Part shown: one piece after another, positions 12,419 through 23,724 of the stretch
Numbering within the stretch: position 1 is the first letter of the stretch
How the letters are laid out: each line of letters begins with the position of its first letter
Assembly (NCBI GenBank): GCA_043228905.1
Contig: JBHGNT010000002.1
Span: 3,410,001-3,474,000 of the forward strand
Length of the DNA stretch: 64,000 nt
Source of the DNA: Azolla caroliniana
Lineage: Eukaryota; Plantae; Polypodiophyta
Direction: 5' to 3'
The notes under the pieces: model-generated
Databases searched by the model: none
What the model was told of the DNA's origin: nothing
The model's input: the letters and a program-made list of their open reading frames with translations, nothing else
Made by a program: the position numbers and the translations under genes

Positions 12419-13378
12419 CAAGGCACCTGCACCGGGACTACAAATGGCTGGAAACGGAGCATAAGGAACGGATGGTCGAACTCCAGCAGGAAGTTGATCG
12501 GGGCCGCGACGGCGATCGCCGACGAACGTGCAGAAAATACAAGACAATTGGACGAGGCGGAGAAGGTCCGAATGGAGCTCCAGAGGCAGTAGCATGAAGA
12601 AAAGGAGAGAGCGTCAACGGTATTGCAAAAATTACAAAGCACATATCAAAGGCAATTGACGCATTACAAGGAGCAGGCGGAAGACAACGTCAAAATCCTC
12701 AAGCAATTGAAGGAGGAACGGCAAGCTGCGGAGACCAAATCGCAGTTGGGAACGGGCCGGATTTAGTGCATCCTCCGGGCATGGTTGAATCAGACAAAAC
12801 GCTTGATTGACGAAAGCTCCGTAAGATGGTGGACAAAGTGGGCACAAAACGCGGCGGAACTCCAATTACTACGTGCAGACGTGGCAAACCGACGGAAGGA
12901 AGGAGATGATTGTTACACGTTGACTTTCGAGGACTTCACCGCCATACGGGACGAGCTGGCCGATGACTTCCAAGTCCTGGCGGATGAACAGCTGGCGCAG
13001 GTCCGACAACTCGTATCTCAACTAGACAATGATAGGCTGGACGCTCAAATCCAGTTTGAAAGCTACGAGCGGTTTCGGGTTCGGGAAGAAAAAGCACGGG
13101 AAGCGGCAACGGTTAACCTTAGTGATGAGGAACCGTCGCAAGCCGAGGGCCAGGCCGGAACCAGTCAACCGAAGACCACTACGACGAAGGGAGCAACGAC
13201 GGAGACGCCGGTGTCAGAGCAACAAACGGAGGAGCAGCCGCAACAGCCACCAAAGGACCAGTCGCAGTAGCAATCAACAGAGCAGCAACAGCAACCACAA
13301 CAACAACAACAACCAATTCCATATGAACCATTGGAGACTCTCGAACAAAGCATTCTGGATATTTTGGACGAAGAATAG
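12397..13378 (+). pseudogene. Disrupted ~325-codon coiled-coil/Gln-rich ORF just upstream of the 3' LTR
   Basis: One frame runs from ~12495 to LETLEQSILDILDEE* (13378), broken only by three TAG codons (~12590, ~12765, ~13268), each one C>T from CAG. A probable frameshift lies near 12493. Confidence 0.65.
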
Positions 13379-13483
13379 CAAGGGTCGGATGTGGATTCGA
13401 CGTACAAGGTACTGTCCCACGGGCATGCCATGTGTTACCGGCCGGCAAAGGAGTCTAGAGTGTGAAACGGGGAGTTATTTAAT

Positions 13484-13863
13484 TGTTAGGAATGGTTGTA
13501 AGTAAGCTATGAGTGTGGACGGACGGACCGGAATCGGTATGCCGTTCCGGATCCGGACTGATCCCGAACAGGTGCGGATGGCACCGTTTTGTACTACAAA
13601 CCGGAAAGCTATTTAAAGGCCCGGATACAATGTAATGAGCAGCGGTTAATTAATAAAGCTTAGTGTTTTTATCTCTGTGTTAATTGTTGTTCTACATTCA
13701 TTGTTATACCTTACGCGTGTGAATATTAAGGACGATCATGCTAAGTAACCTAATTAAGTCGAATTAATTGTTGATTCTAATCCTCCTGCCGTAACACCCC
13801 TTTGGTGAAGTGTCTTCCATAGACACCCTGCGTTAGGCCATTGTCCGGCCCTAAGAGTTAACA
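13484..13863 (+). mobile_element. Long terminal repeat (~380 bp)
   Basis: TGTTAG...TTAACA termini, TATA-like TATTTAAA at ~13610, AATAAA at ~13652. Confidence 0.7.
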
Positions 13864-13869
13864 ACGTAT

Positions 13870-16800
13870 ACACTCCAAATAATAGAACAGACATGGCAAC
13901 TTTCTAGGGGCAGATCCACCTTCAAGTAGTGGGTGATGAGGAATGGTGAATAGGAAGGAATTTCAATATGATCAAATCCCTTCACAATAGCTCCAACAAC
14001 AACCCCACACTTCTACAAGGAGGGGAACACAAGTAGTGAGAGAAGTTATGAGTTCACCTTAACCTACCTGATATTCGGCATTCAACCAACTTCCAACATA
14101 AAGGTAATTCTCTTTTATTCTCCCAATTAGATGGGAGGAATATTGGGCCCTCCCTTTCTTGTATCAACCGCACCTATGTGGGGTAGGCTATGGAAGTGAA
14201 GAGAGCCTGGTGTCGCATAGCTCCAGGAACAACATTCTTCAACCACTCCTTGGTAATCAACCATTTTCAGATGTCCTAAAAGTGGGGTTTGTTTCAGCCT
14301 CAAATCTCTCACACTATATACATGAATGTAGAGGTGAAGGAACAACTCACCACCCAGTGGTAATAATCCAACAATGACTCATCATCATCATCATCATTCG
14401 AGACACTATTTTCTAAACTAACAAGAGCTTCAAATCTACTGCACGAGATCATTAAGACAAGAAGCAGGGACACTCAAGAAAATAGGTAGTGGGTTAGGCG
14501 GGGAATAATAGCACTATGACGGCTCCAACAGAGATACCCATCATGTATTTGGATCGTGGGATAGGTTGCTATGGCCAAACAAGAACTCCTCGTGACAAAG
14601 AAGGAAATCTATGACATGTGGTCATGGAAGCATGGCTCAATCGATTCAACTAGGGGACAAAACCATGAAGGAATGCTTCCGCTTTAAGGGGCCAAGGCAT
14701 GCTAGAATAGTGATATGCAATCGCAATCGAGAGGATGACTCGACCATTGAGGATGGAGAAAAAATGAGAAGCATTGTCACAACTTACTATAAACACCTAC
14801 TTACCGAAGATAGGATGGCCACATGAGTAAACTAGAGAGATGATATTGTCCACCACAACCTACCTCAGAAAGTTACAACTATCGATAATCAAAATATGGG
14901 ATGCACTCTTAGAGCTGGACGCAACTACCTACGCTAGACTCGATGGTCTAACTCCTCACTTCTTCACTAGCCTTTGGGATATTATTAAAGAGGACCTTCT
15001 TTAGGCGTATGAGGAGATCATCACATCTGATAATATGCCAAAAGAATTTGGGTAGGGGATGATACATCTCATTCCCAAAGGTGGTGGGAATGCCAATGAC
15101 ATCAATAAGTGGTGGCCCATAACTCTACTAGCAAAAATCGTGGCATGACACCTAACACCCCTTCTCCCTCAACTCAATCACACCTTCCAAACAAGCTTCG
15201 TTAAAAATCAGAGCATCCTGGACAATCTCTTCTTGTTTTGGGAAGAAATAGCCTTTACCATGCACATAAACAAGGTGGTTGTGGTGCTTCTAGATTTTGA
15301 GAAAGCACATGACATGGTATGTTGGGATTTTCTAGAAAGTGTGATGGGGAAACTTGGCTTCCAAGATTTGTGGATTAAAGGTATTGCAACCCTCTACAAA
15401 AATGCCAATGATTGTGTATTAGTACTAGGTGAAGGGGGCCCCTTCTTCCAAATATCATGCTCTATGTGACAGAGAAGCCTGCTTGTTCCATCCCTATTTC
15501 TATTACATGTAGAAGCATTCTCTAGTTTACTCCACTCGAGGCATCTAAATTTACAGGGTCTTTGTGGATGTACTCTCTCTAGTGCCTCCTTGATGTAAAT
15601 ATGCGGATGATACAGCAGTCGACATGCAAAATCTAAAAACGCTAGAATGTGGGCTATCATTGTTTTGCAAGAGATCAAACACCATGATCAATTAGCATAA
15701 ATCCTATCCAATATGGCTCTATGATGAACCACCTAATTTGGGGCCCACATCCTAGCTTCACGTGGATCAACCAAGGTGTGAGCACCAGGTATTTGGGTTT
15801 CCAAATAGGCTTCAACACTCCTCTTGAGACGATGATTGCACCAATTATGCACTCAATACAACAAAAATTGATACGTCGAAGCTTGAAAAAACTTTCACAT
15901 GTAGGATGCATCACAGTGATGAATTAGGTATTACTTGCAATAGCATGGTACAACCTATTGTGTTGGACTATCTCTAAAGGAAGTATACATCAAATCCAAA
16001 GTTTGGTACACAATAACATTTGGTTAGGTAAGGAGAATCATGCATCCTGGGCCAAGGTGGCACTGCATGTCCTCACTTCACCCAAATCGAGAGGAGGGAA
16101 TCATGGGTTTGATCAATCCCCTCTCACGGTCTAAAGCACTACTCGCCAAATTTGTGGTTTGAGGACTCCAACCAAGGGATGATTGTTGGAAAGGATATTG
16201 AGACAACACTTTGCTTAGTACTTTGAGCCAAAGCCTATGTGCTAATTGGGCCCCTCAGACGGGGTGGATTCTAAACATGGATATGAAACCAAGGTTCTTG
16301 CGTCAAATGGAGGATAGATTCAACGTATCCATGTGGACGGCATGGCGTGACCAAAGATGAGGGCTCAAAGTGCAGTTAAACTAGCTCCGAACTTGCATGG
16401 CATGCATTAAAGATGAATCGAGTAAACTAATTGGATAAAGTAAGGGGATCTCATGGGGAAGCATTGTAAAAGGTCTACCAAAGAGTATCAAATGTTGGAG
16501 ATGGTTCATGTCATTGTCATTACAAGATCAAGCCAACATACCACATGGAATCAGGGATGGATGGACTATATGAGATCTAAAATTGTGAACACTCTATTAC
16601 TTGGGGAAGCTGCTAGTTCAAGGACAACAATGGAGAAGTGGATAGGTAATGAGGAGGGATCTTTGATTCCAAGAGGTAGGGAACCATTATATAGGATACA
16701 AGGTCACAAGCTGCAAGTCAATGATGAACCAACATTAGTAAACATGGCAGTTTGAGTGCTCACGTAACCATCCACTATGCAACACTATTGCAAGAGATAT

Positions 16801-17037
16801 GGAGTGAAGTTGTAGCCATGCTAAAGAGCCAATACAATGGCATCACAAGCGGATCCAAAGGTGCCGAAAGACAACTCTTGCTCTTCATCCAACAATGGTC
16901 GTCCTCTCCTTTTTTTGAATCAATGGGCCTCCACATAAGATGGAACTATCGAGCCCCTTGTGTGGTATGTATATAGCATTCACAAATGTAAACTTTTAAA
17001 ACTAATGCAAGGAGTTTTTTGTTTTGGAAAAAAATAA
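13870..17037 (+). mobile_element. Degenerate L1-type LINE ORF2 (endonuclease remnant, RT, C-terminus, A-rich tail)
   Basis: EEW*IGRNFN (GDFN-like) at ~13940, DGLTPHFF, IHLIPKG, FVKNQSILDNL, LDFEKAHDMVCWDFL, RYLGFQIG, 3' WNYRAP, then an A-rich end at ~17025-17037. Many stops. Confidence 0.9.
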
Positions 17038-18204
17038 ATTATTCCATAATTTCCTAGTATTTCAAACATAAAAAAGGAAATGATCAACTACTTATATTAG
17101 AGCAATGTTGAGAACACTAATATGTACATATATGTAACAATGTTCTACTTGAATAGTTTGCACAAATAATTGTACTTCCAAGTTTAAAGATGAAGTTTTA
17201 CACTAAATCAATTGTCTCATATATACTTCAAAATTATGAAATTATATGTCTATTGAACAAAATAAATGTGTATCAATATACATTCTTTCATTTTATAGGT
17301 AAAGAAAATCAAGTTATACAACCACATCTTCGTAAATTTAATACTTCTCTTGGTGTATGTGTTTGACGATGATAGTTAAAAAATTTCAATTTAAGAAACG
17401 CTCATTGAGGTCAATCTTATACTTCTCTTTATGTGATTATGTACCTACTATACATACAATCTTCGTAGAACTTTATAATCATGATTCAAAATTTCACCAT
17501 ATATTTCCATTTAAAACAATCATATACACGAATTTTGCTCACGATACTACTTGCTAGGAGAATCCGCAACCTTACTCACTAAAGCATTTGCCTTTTGATG
17601 TGGAGCGCTTTTTGGGGTGCCAATGTTGGCAAGCCCACTTCATGTTGCAAAGCCAAGGCTCAATCTACATCAAGAAGATAGATAAATGTCCCGTGACCAT
17701 TGGTTCGACATAAAAAACCAAAAAACCAAGCTATTGTTGATAGGGGCATTGTATCATATGATGCCATGTTTTCCCATGTATAGCAAGAACCTCATACAAA
17801 CTCACACTTGAATATAATTATTTGAAGTGCTCGAAACTTTGTAATCCTCCTGTTATTGATCAAATTCAGGTGTTGTTCCTCCCTTTTGTCTTTGTTTATC
17901 ATCCTGTGTAAAATGTTTATGGGTGTATTGGTTTGAGATTACATATTTATCTCTCTCACTCTCACTCTCACTCTCACTAATCTCAAAATTGGTCCCATAC
18001 AAGTTGATATGTTGATTTGGTCCCATAAGTCGAAATAGGCCTCCTCATGGAAGGTAAAATATTCTATATTGCCTCTCCCTCTCTAAAATTGGCCTCCTCA
18101 TGGACGATAAAATATATATTCTATATTGTCTCTCCCTCGCCCTCCCTCTCTCTCTCCCTCTCTCTCTCAAAATGTAGTTTAAGATGACATATGGGACTGC
18201 TACA

Positions 18205-18930
18205 AGTTTGAAAATCATGTTTTGGAATTGTGGAGGATATCCATAGAATAGGGACTCATGATTGATTGGCATAGCTCAAGGGATCAATATTACATATTTC
18301 TTGTTGAAACTTAAGAACATGAATCCAAGTGCATATGTAATATTCATGGCCATATCATCAAATCTATATGGCTTTGCACTAAAAGAAATCTTGAGCGATC
18401 AATAGTGGCATGTATTTATCGCGAGGACTTGGGAAAACTACATATGAATATGTAAGTATGATGAATACAAAAGATATATGTGGGTTAAAGTATAACTATG
18501 CAAAGATAAACTTTATTTGGCATGTTGTTACATTCCTCATAGAGAGTCCAAGTACTATAATTTGTATGTGTTACGTCACGATGATCATTTTTCCAGTGTG
18601 TGATAACATTCTTACATATGACTACATTGGAAAAGTGGTGATTGTGGAAGATTTTAATGTTTCAACTTAAGAAAATGTGAAAGTTGATGATAATGTAATG
18701 GTACAAGATGTATACCATAACCTGATATACTACAATATTTTGTGTCACATGTCAAAGTACCCATAATTTTCCAATAAAAATGTTAAGACATATTTGCTAG
18801 ATTTCTGAGAAGGATGTGTAGTTAACAATGTATTGATAAAAGGATGTGATGCATCCAAGATGAATGCATTCAAATTGGCCAATTGTCACCAAACTCAGAA
18901 CACAGGTTCTTCTACTTGCACATTGCAACC
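18205..18930 (+). mobile_element. Highly decayed APE-endonuclease region of another non-LTR retrotransposon
   Basis: LKIMFWNCGG, IFLVET, GKVVIVEDFN and SEH motifs appear in the expected order. Confidence 0.6.
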
Positions 18931-19904
18931 AACAACTCACACACATTGCCTAATGCACTGGAGTACAAAAGGAAAAGAGGTACATTATCCCACATGATTA
19001 CTATTAAAAAGCTAATTTATATGCAAATGAGGTTGAGAATCATGTCATGAACCTCTCCCTTAGCAAAAATGTGAAAACAAATTGGGAGCAATTGAAGGAT
19101 ATTCTCAAGCAGGGTGTCAATATTTTAGTCCATGTGTAGGTGGACATCAAATGCTTAGTTTCCCATCTAATGCTTGGTTTGATGAATAAAGGAGGGCTCA
19201 TCTCAAAATGTTCAAGCTCAGAAATGTTCAAAAATGAAAACGTCCTAAGATTGTATCAATATCGAAAATCATGATGAGAATGATGAAGATGTAACATTAT
19301 CACATGCAAGAAAGGAAGAAAACACAAATGTTTAAGGTCCAACAAAGTTAGCATCAAACAACTCAAGAGAAAAAAGTAAAATATAATTTGTGCCAATGAA
19401 GAGATGGGACAATGTTTACATAGGCAATGGGATAGTGCCTATGACATTGAGTATGGACGAACATTATAACTCATGTGTGTCTAATCAAGATGTCAATAAA
19501 GGGGCAACTAAGATGTCTATAAAGTGATAGATGCACCTTTATTTTAATGGAAAGTGAGCTCTTGACATGGACAAAACCACAAACTTGTCACGGTTTTCCG
19601 AAAAGATTGGCTGATGAATTTGGTAATGTCAATCCAGTTCACTTCCTACATACATTCCTCTCAGAATCACAATGTTGTTCCCTCTTCATACATCCTTTGT
19701 AATTCTAAACATGCTCTATTATTTGATGTTTGACATTTGTTTTCAATGTGGCGAATAGATATTCAACTACATTTCCAAGGCAAAACCATTGGAATTTGAG
19801 TTCCTAGGTATCTGAATTTTGAAAGGCATCATGATTGGAGCATGAAGTTTGCTCAAGGTGAAGTTATTGGTAGAAACTTGTCATTCCATGGGTTCTTACA
19901 AGGT

Positions 19905-21174
19905 TCATATTTTCTCCAAATTTAGCCTATTGAAAATATTAGAAGCTCGCGGAATGCTAACCTTATTTTTCTTGTTGGTATTGATTGTGTTCTTATTGTG
20001 CTTTGCTTGCAGAATAATTGAATTAGTGTCATTCCACGAGCATATTGACGATGACTTTTTACTTGGTTTTCGTTGTTGATCACGAAAGAATGCATTCTCT
20101 ATACAAAGTTGGTTGATCGCCGACCAACAAAGCTAGATATGATATGAACATATAACTTATTAGTATTCGATGTGTATGTGTAAACATGGTCATGGTATGC
20201 ATATAAATAAAAGTTTAGGAGGATCTAATCATGATTGAAGAAAATTGCAATGATTGGATTCAAGAAACTCACTTGAACATCTGTCTCTAATCTTTGGATG
20301 CGCTTATTCATGTCATCTATCTACAAAAACACAAACAAGTAACAATTAAATGATCATGTTTTCTAAGCCAATCCCCATGTAACAATTAAATTTTGAGACT
20401 TTTAATGAGGTGTTAGCTTTGAATCTAGAATCATTCAAATTATATTTATCCTCTTTATCCTTATTAAGATTATTACCGAGCCTTGGTTCTCATTTCCTTG
20501 CACATTGCTTTGGGGGGTTCCTCGACTAGGAGATGACTCCTCTTCATCTTGTGAATTACAAGCACTTTGATGTCTTGTCCTACAATCATAGTTCAAGCAA
20601 AATTTAGAACACATGGAGCTCATATTAAGCACATTGCATGCATGCATCTAGGAAATGCTTGAGAAAAAAGAGTACTACAAATTATTTTACAATAGTATCC
20701 ATAATTTTTATGACCTCTCTACACCTTCGTCTGACCGTTTCAAGAAGACTTCTTTCCTCGATCTCCTTTTGTTTTGTTGCCTTTAGATCCAAATTTTCCT
20801 ATTCACGTAAAAAGCATGCAAAAGTGTCAAGTTGACACTTGCAACTTATTTTTACTATAATGCATTTCGAAATCATGATAACTAGATAATGTTTTTGAGT
20901 TTTGAACCTAATATTTCAAAACGTATATTAATGACCAAGACAAAACACAACCTAAGATTTGGTTGACGAGGATGGATCCCTCAACCTTATCATGGAAGCA
21001 AACTATGAGGAAGAGTGAGGTTAGTAAATAGGGAGAAAATGCCCTAACAACAGATGTTGAGGCCATCCTTTCTAGCATAAATATGTCAGATTCGAAACAT
21101 ATCAACACACAATGAAGATTAACAATCCTACCAAAGGTAAACAAGCGGAATGCGACAGTGCCCCAAAAGTGACT
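19905..21174 (-). pseudogene. Chain of cryptic GT-AG exons of an unknown, partly disrupted gene
   Basis: Candidate exons 21174-21132, 21071-20952, 20798-20691 (ENLDLKATKQKEIEERSLLETVRRRC...), 20579-20477, 20320-20273 (IDDMNKRIQRLETDVQ) and 20132-19905 (75 open codons). Introns are 60-156 nt with canonical ends. Some exons contain stops or a phase conflict. Confidence 0.55.
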
Positions 21175-21749
21175 CTATAAACAAATAGAAAAGGTTCATT
21201 ATCACCCCTAGAATGTAAAACTCGAAAAGGATCACCGAAAATTGAACATGTAAAGAACCACAAATGTTAAATATCATGTCTTATAATACGAAGGGATTAA
21301 GCAATCACAATATCGTCATCAGCTTCAAAGGTTGTTGACATTCTTTCTCTCGAAGAAACAAAGCAATCTAGTTGGTGATTTCTAGACTATCCATAGTCCT
21401 CAATATTGGAGAAGGTCTAGAGGAATCTAGATTGGAACCAACTCAGGTCAAAACTTAAAGAGGCAACAAAGCAACATGGTTTGAACTAGGGGTAGAGCAT
21501 GTCTTGGTGGACATCACTAGAGACACAATGTGTTTTACTTGGGGCAAACTTCAGATGTGCACACGAATTGGGTGGGCATCACAAGTTGAAAGACACGCGT
21601 GTTTTTACTTGGGACAACTCTCCGAAGTGCAAACAAAGATCCACTGAATAAATCTAGGATGGCTAGAGGTACCAATGCAATTTCGACAAGGCTAGGGCAA
21701 CTCTGGTGACGTAAACTCTCGACGACAAGAAAAACGGAGAAAACCAAAA

Positions 21750-23282
21750 CTACAAGCATGTGATAAACAAATGTGGGATTGAATTTCTTAGACTTCTTCT
21801 TCTTTTAGTTACCTTGTTAGTGGTAGTGGTGGTGATGGAGGGCTTCTTCTTGTGGTGATTGGTTTGTTGAGCCTCGAGGCGCTTGACACGTGTCAAGATC
21901 TCATTGGCCATCTTGGCCACCTTCACAAAGCTATCATCTCCATTGTAACCATCACCATCACCATCATTATCTTCTTCTTCTTCTACTACTACTTCTTCAT
22001 CATGATCTTCTTCTTCATTATTATGATTATCATCCTTATTGATCCTTCCATACTTTCGATCAGTCGGCCCCTTGGCACGCCTCCTTGGCGTCCCACGAGC
22101 GGCGGCCGAATCCGAATCGAGCATCCCACACGAACCCACCATCGCCACGCTCCGGCCCGAATCCAAGGTCCCAATACATGAAGAACCCATCATGGCGGCC
22201 ACGTTCCGGTTCCGGCTCACCGGATCGCTCGCCACTCCATAATTCATAGAGCGCACGCTCTCGGGGTTCATCGGCGATGCTAATCTCGTGCAATCCCGGT
22301 AATTCGGCTCGTATGTGGGGCCGTAATTGGGCACGATTAGCCTCTCCGTTAGCCTCGTGGATGCTAACCCCGGTCCCTGATTACCGCTAATCAGGGTTGG
22401 ATATCTGGTCCGATGGTAATGGTCCAATGCCGACGGGAATCGATTGGTTACTGCTGCCTCCACTGGATTGGGATGGAGATCATAGTTACAGGGCCACATC
22501 TGCCTGCCGCGATTATCCGCCACAAATTCAAATGCAGGGGGAGTAGCCGCACGATCCATTGGATGCGAAGAATCGGCGTGGCCATCGTAATTCGCATAAG
22601 ACCCCGATCGATCGCTATGATGATTAGTGCGGATCGCGGCGAGATTAGGGATGGAAGGACTAATCTGGCGATCATAATCAGCAGGCCCTAATTGCACAGG
22701 GCGAGTATCGGATCTAAGATTTGTGGAGCCATTTGGGAGGAGATTAGTGGGGTGGGGATGATTAAGGGGGGCTAATTGCAGGCTGTGATTAGCAGCGGCA
22801 GAGGGTATTATAGCTCCTTTGGATTCATCCAGATTCCGGAGGATGTGGTTGAGGCGAGTGATTTTGGTATTGATCGAGTCATAGCGCCGTTCTGGAGTAG
22901 TAGTGCTGCTCCTCCTCCTCATCGCCATGGATGCAGCGGCCTTCATCTCCGACGAGGTACTGCAATAACTGGAATTTGAAGAAGGAGAAGAAGGCGCATA
23001 AGAGTTTAAAGGGTTATCATGGTTCCTGAACAAAGATCGATGATTCGGAATCAAATAAGGGCTAGGGTTAGGGTTAGGGTTAGGGTTAGGGTTAGGGTTA
23101 GGGTTAGGATTAGGACTAAGGCTAGAGCTACGACTAGGGTTAGGGTTTGGGTTTGGGCTAGGGCTAGGGTTAGGGTTAGGGTTAACAACTTTTTTGTTGA
23201 GGATTTGATCCTGATGATGCAGATCTGTCAAGCCCATGTCGCCACGAAAATTAGGGTTAGGGTTGGCATGGGTTATTGGCAA
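21750..23282 (-). CDS. Orphan low-complexity ORF of 510 aa (Asn-Pro repeats, Ser-rich, acidic tract, short coiled coil); possibly exon 1 of a longer spliced gene
   Basis: 1533-nt open frame with ATG start, GC-richer than its surroundings. TATA-like TATATTTA ~85 bp upstream. Strong donor AAG|GTAACT at 21813/21812. No recognisable domain. Confidence 0.6.
   Translation of the reverse strand: MPITHANPNPNFRGDMGLTDLHHQDQILNKKVVNPNPNPSPSPNPNPNPSRSSSLSPNPNPNPNPNPNPNPNPSPYLIPNHRSLFRNHDNPLNSYAPSSPSSNSSYCSTSSEMKAAASMAMRRRSSTTTPERRYDSINTKITRLNHILRNLDESKGAIIPSAAANHSLQLAPLNHPHPTNLLPNGSTNLRSDTRPVQLGPADYDRQISPSIPNLAAIRTNHHSDRSGSYANYDGHADSSHPMDRAATPPAFEFVADNRGRQMWPCNYDLHPNPVEAAVTNRFPSALDHYHRTRYPTLISGNQGPGLASTRLTERLIVPNYGPTYEPNYRDCTRLASPMNPESVRSMNYGVASDPVSRNRNVAAMMGSSCIGTLDSGRSVAMVGSCGMLDSDSAAARGTPRRRAKGPTDRKYGRINKDDNHNNEEEDHDEEVVVEEEEDNDGDGDGYNGDDSFVKVAKMANEILTRVKRLEAQQTNHHKKKPSITTTTTNKVTKRRRSLRNSIPHLFITCL
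23059..23264 (+). repeat. Interstitial TTAGGG-type repeats
   Basis: Seven perfect TAGGGT units at 23063-23104. Degenerate arrays at ~23135-23184 and 23251-23264. Confidence 0.95.
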
Positions 23283-23377
23283 GGTTTACATACATACATA
23301 CATACACTCTACTCTGTTTCTCTCTGCCTCTAACTGCCCTGAATTTTCCCATGAACAAATTGCCTCTAAATATATGC

Positions 23378-23534
23378 AACCGGTTTGTCCTACTCCAAAC
23401 CAAACCGGTTAAGCCTTAACCGGTTTGGAAGTTTTCAAAACTCTGAACCCAACCGGTCCGGTTTAAGAACCGGTTTCGGTTCGGCTTGAGCCTTGCCAAA
23501 CTGAGCTCAAACCGGTTTACGAAACTCAACCCTG
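23378..23534 (-). mobile_element. Probable hAT-like transposon terminus with subterminal AACCGGTT palindromes
   Basis: At least five AACCGGTT motifs within 150 bp, ending in minus-strand CAGGGTTGAGTTTCGTAAACCGG (CAGGG-type end). The partner end is not securely located. Confidence 0.5.
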
Positions 23535-23724
23535 AGCAACAATATTAATTGTATTAGTTTTCCTAGGGGCTTGCAAATTAATAATATCGTTGATTGCAAG
23601 TTTTTATGCATTTAATGACAAGAATCAGCTTGTTCTATATTTTCAATAATTGAAGGTTCCTTAGGGTAGTCAAAGGTTTCATTCTATATATATATGTATA
23701 TATATATGACATTGAGGTGGTGAC

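Larger units (their letters stand above)
11653..13863 (+). mobile_element. 3' part of an LTR retrotransposon (GC-rich internal region with coiled-coil ORFs, plus 3' LTR)
   Basis: Sharp GC/CpG rise relative to the flanks. Ends in a TGTTAG...TTAACA segment preceded by purine-rich AAACGGGGAG. The 5' part is lost in the gap, so the TSD cannot be checked. Confidence 0.65.

Noticed and set aside
20952-21071. U-to-C RNA editing to repair in-frame stops
   Set aside because: Reverse editing is known only from organelles of ferns, hornworts and some lycophytes. In this nuclear, TE-rich context, methyl-C deamination is the simpler explanation.
23063-23104. True telomere or chromosome-fusion scar
   Set aside because: Only 7 perfect units, in one orientation, in frame inside an ORF, with no head-to-head arrangement.
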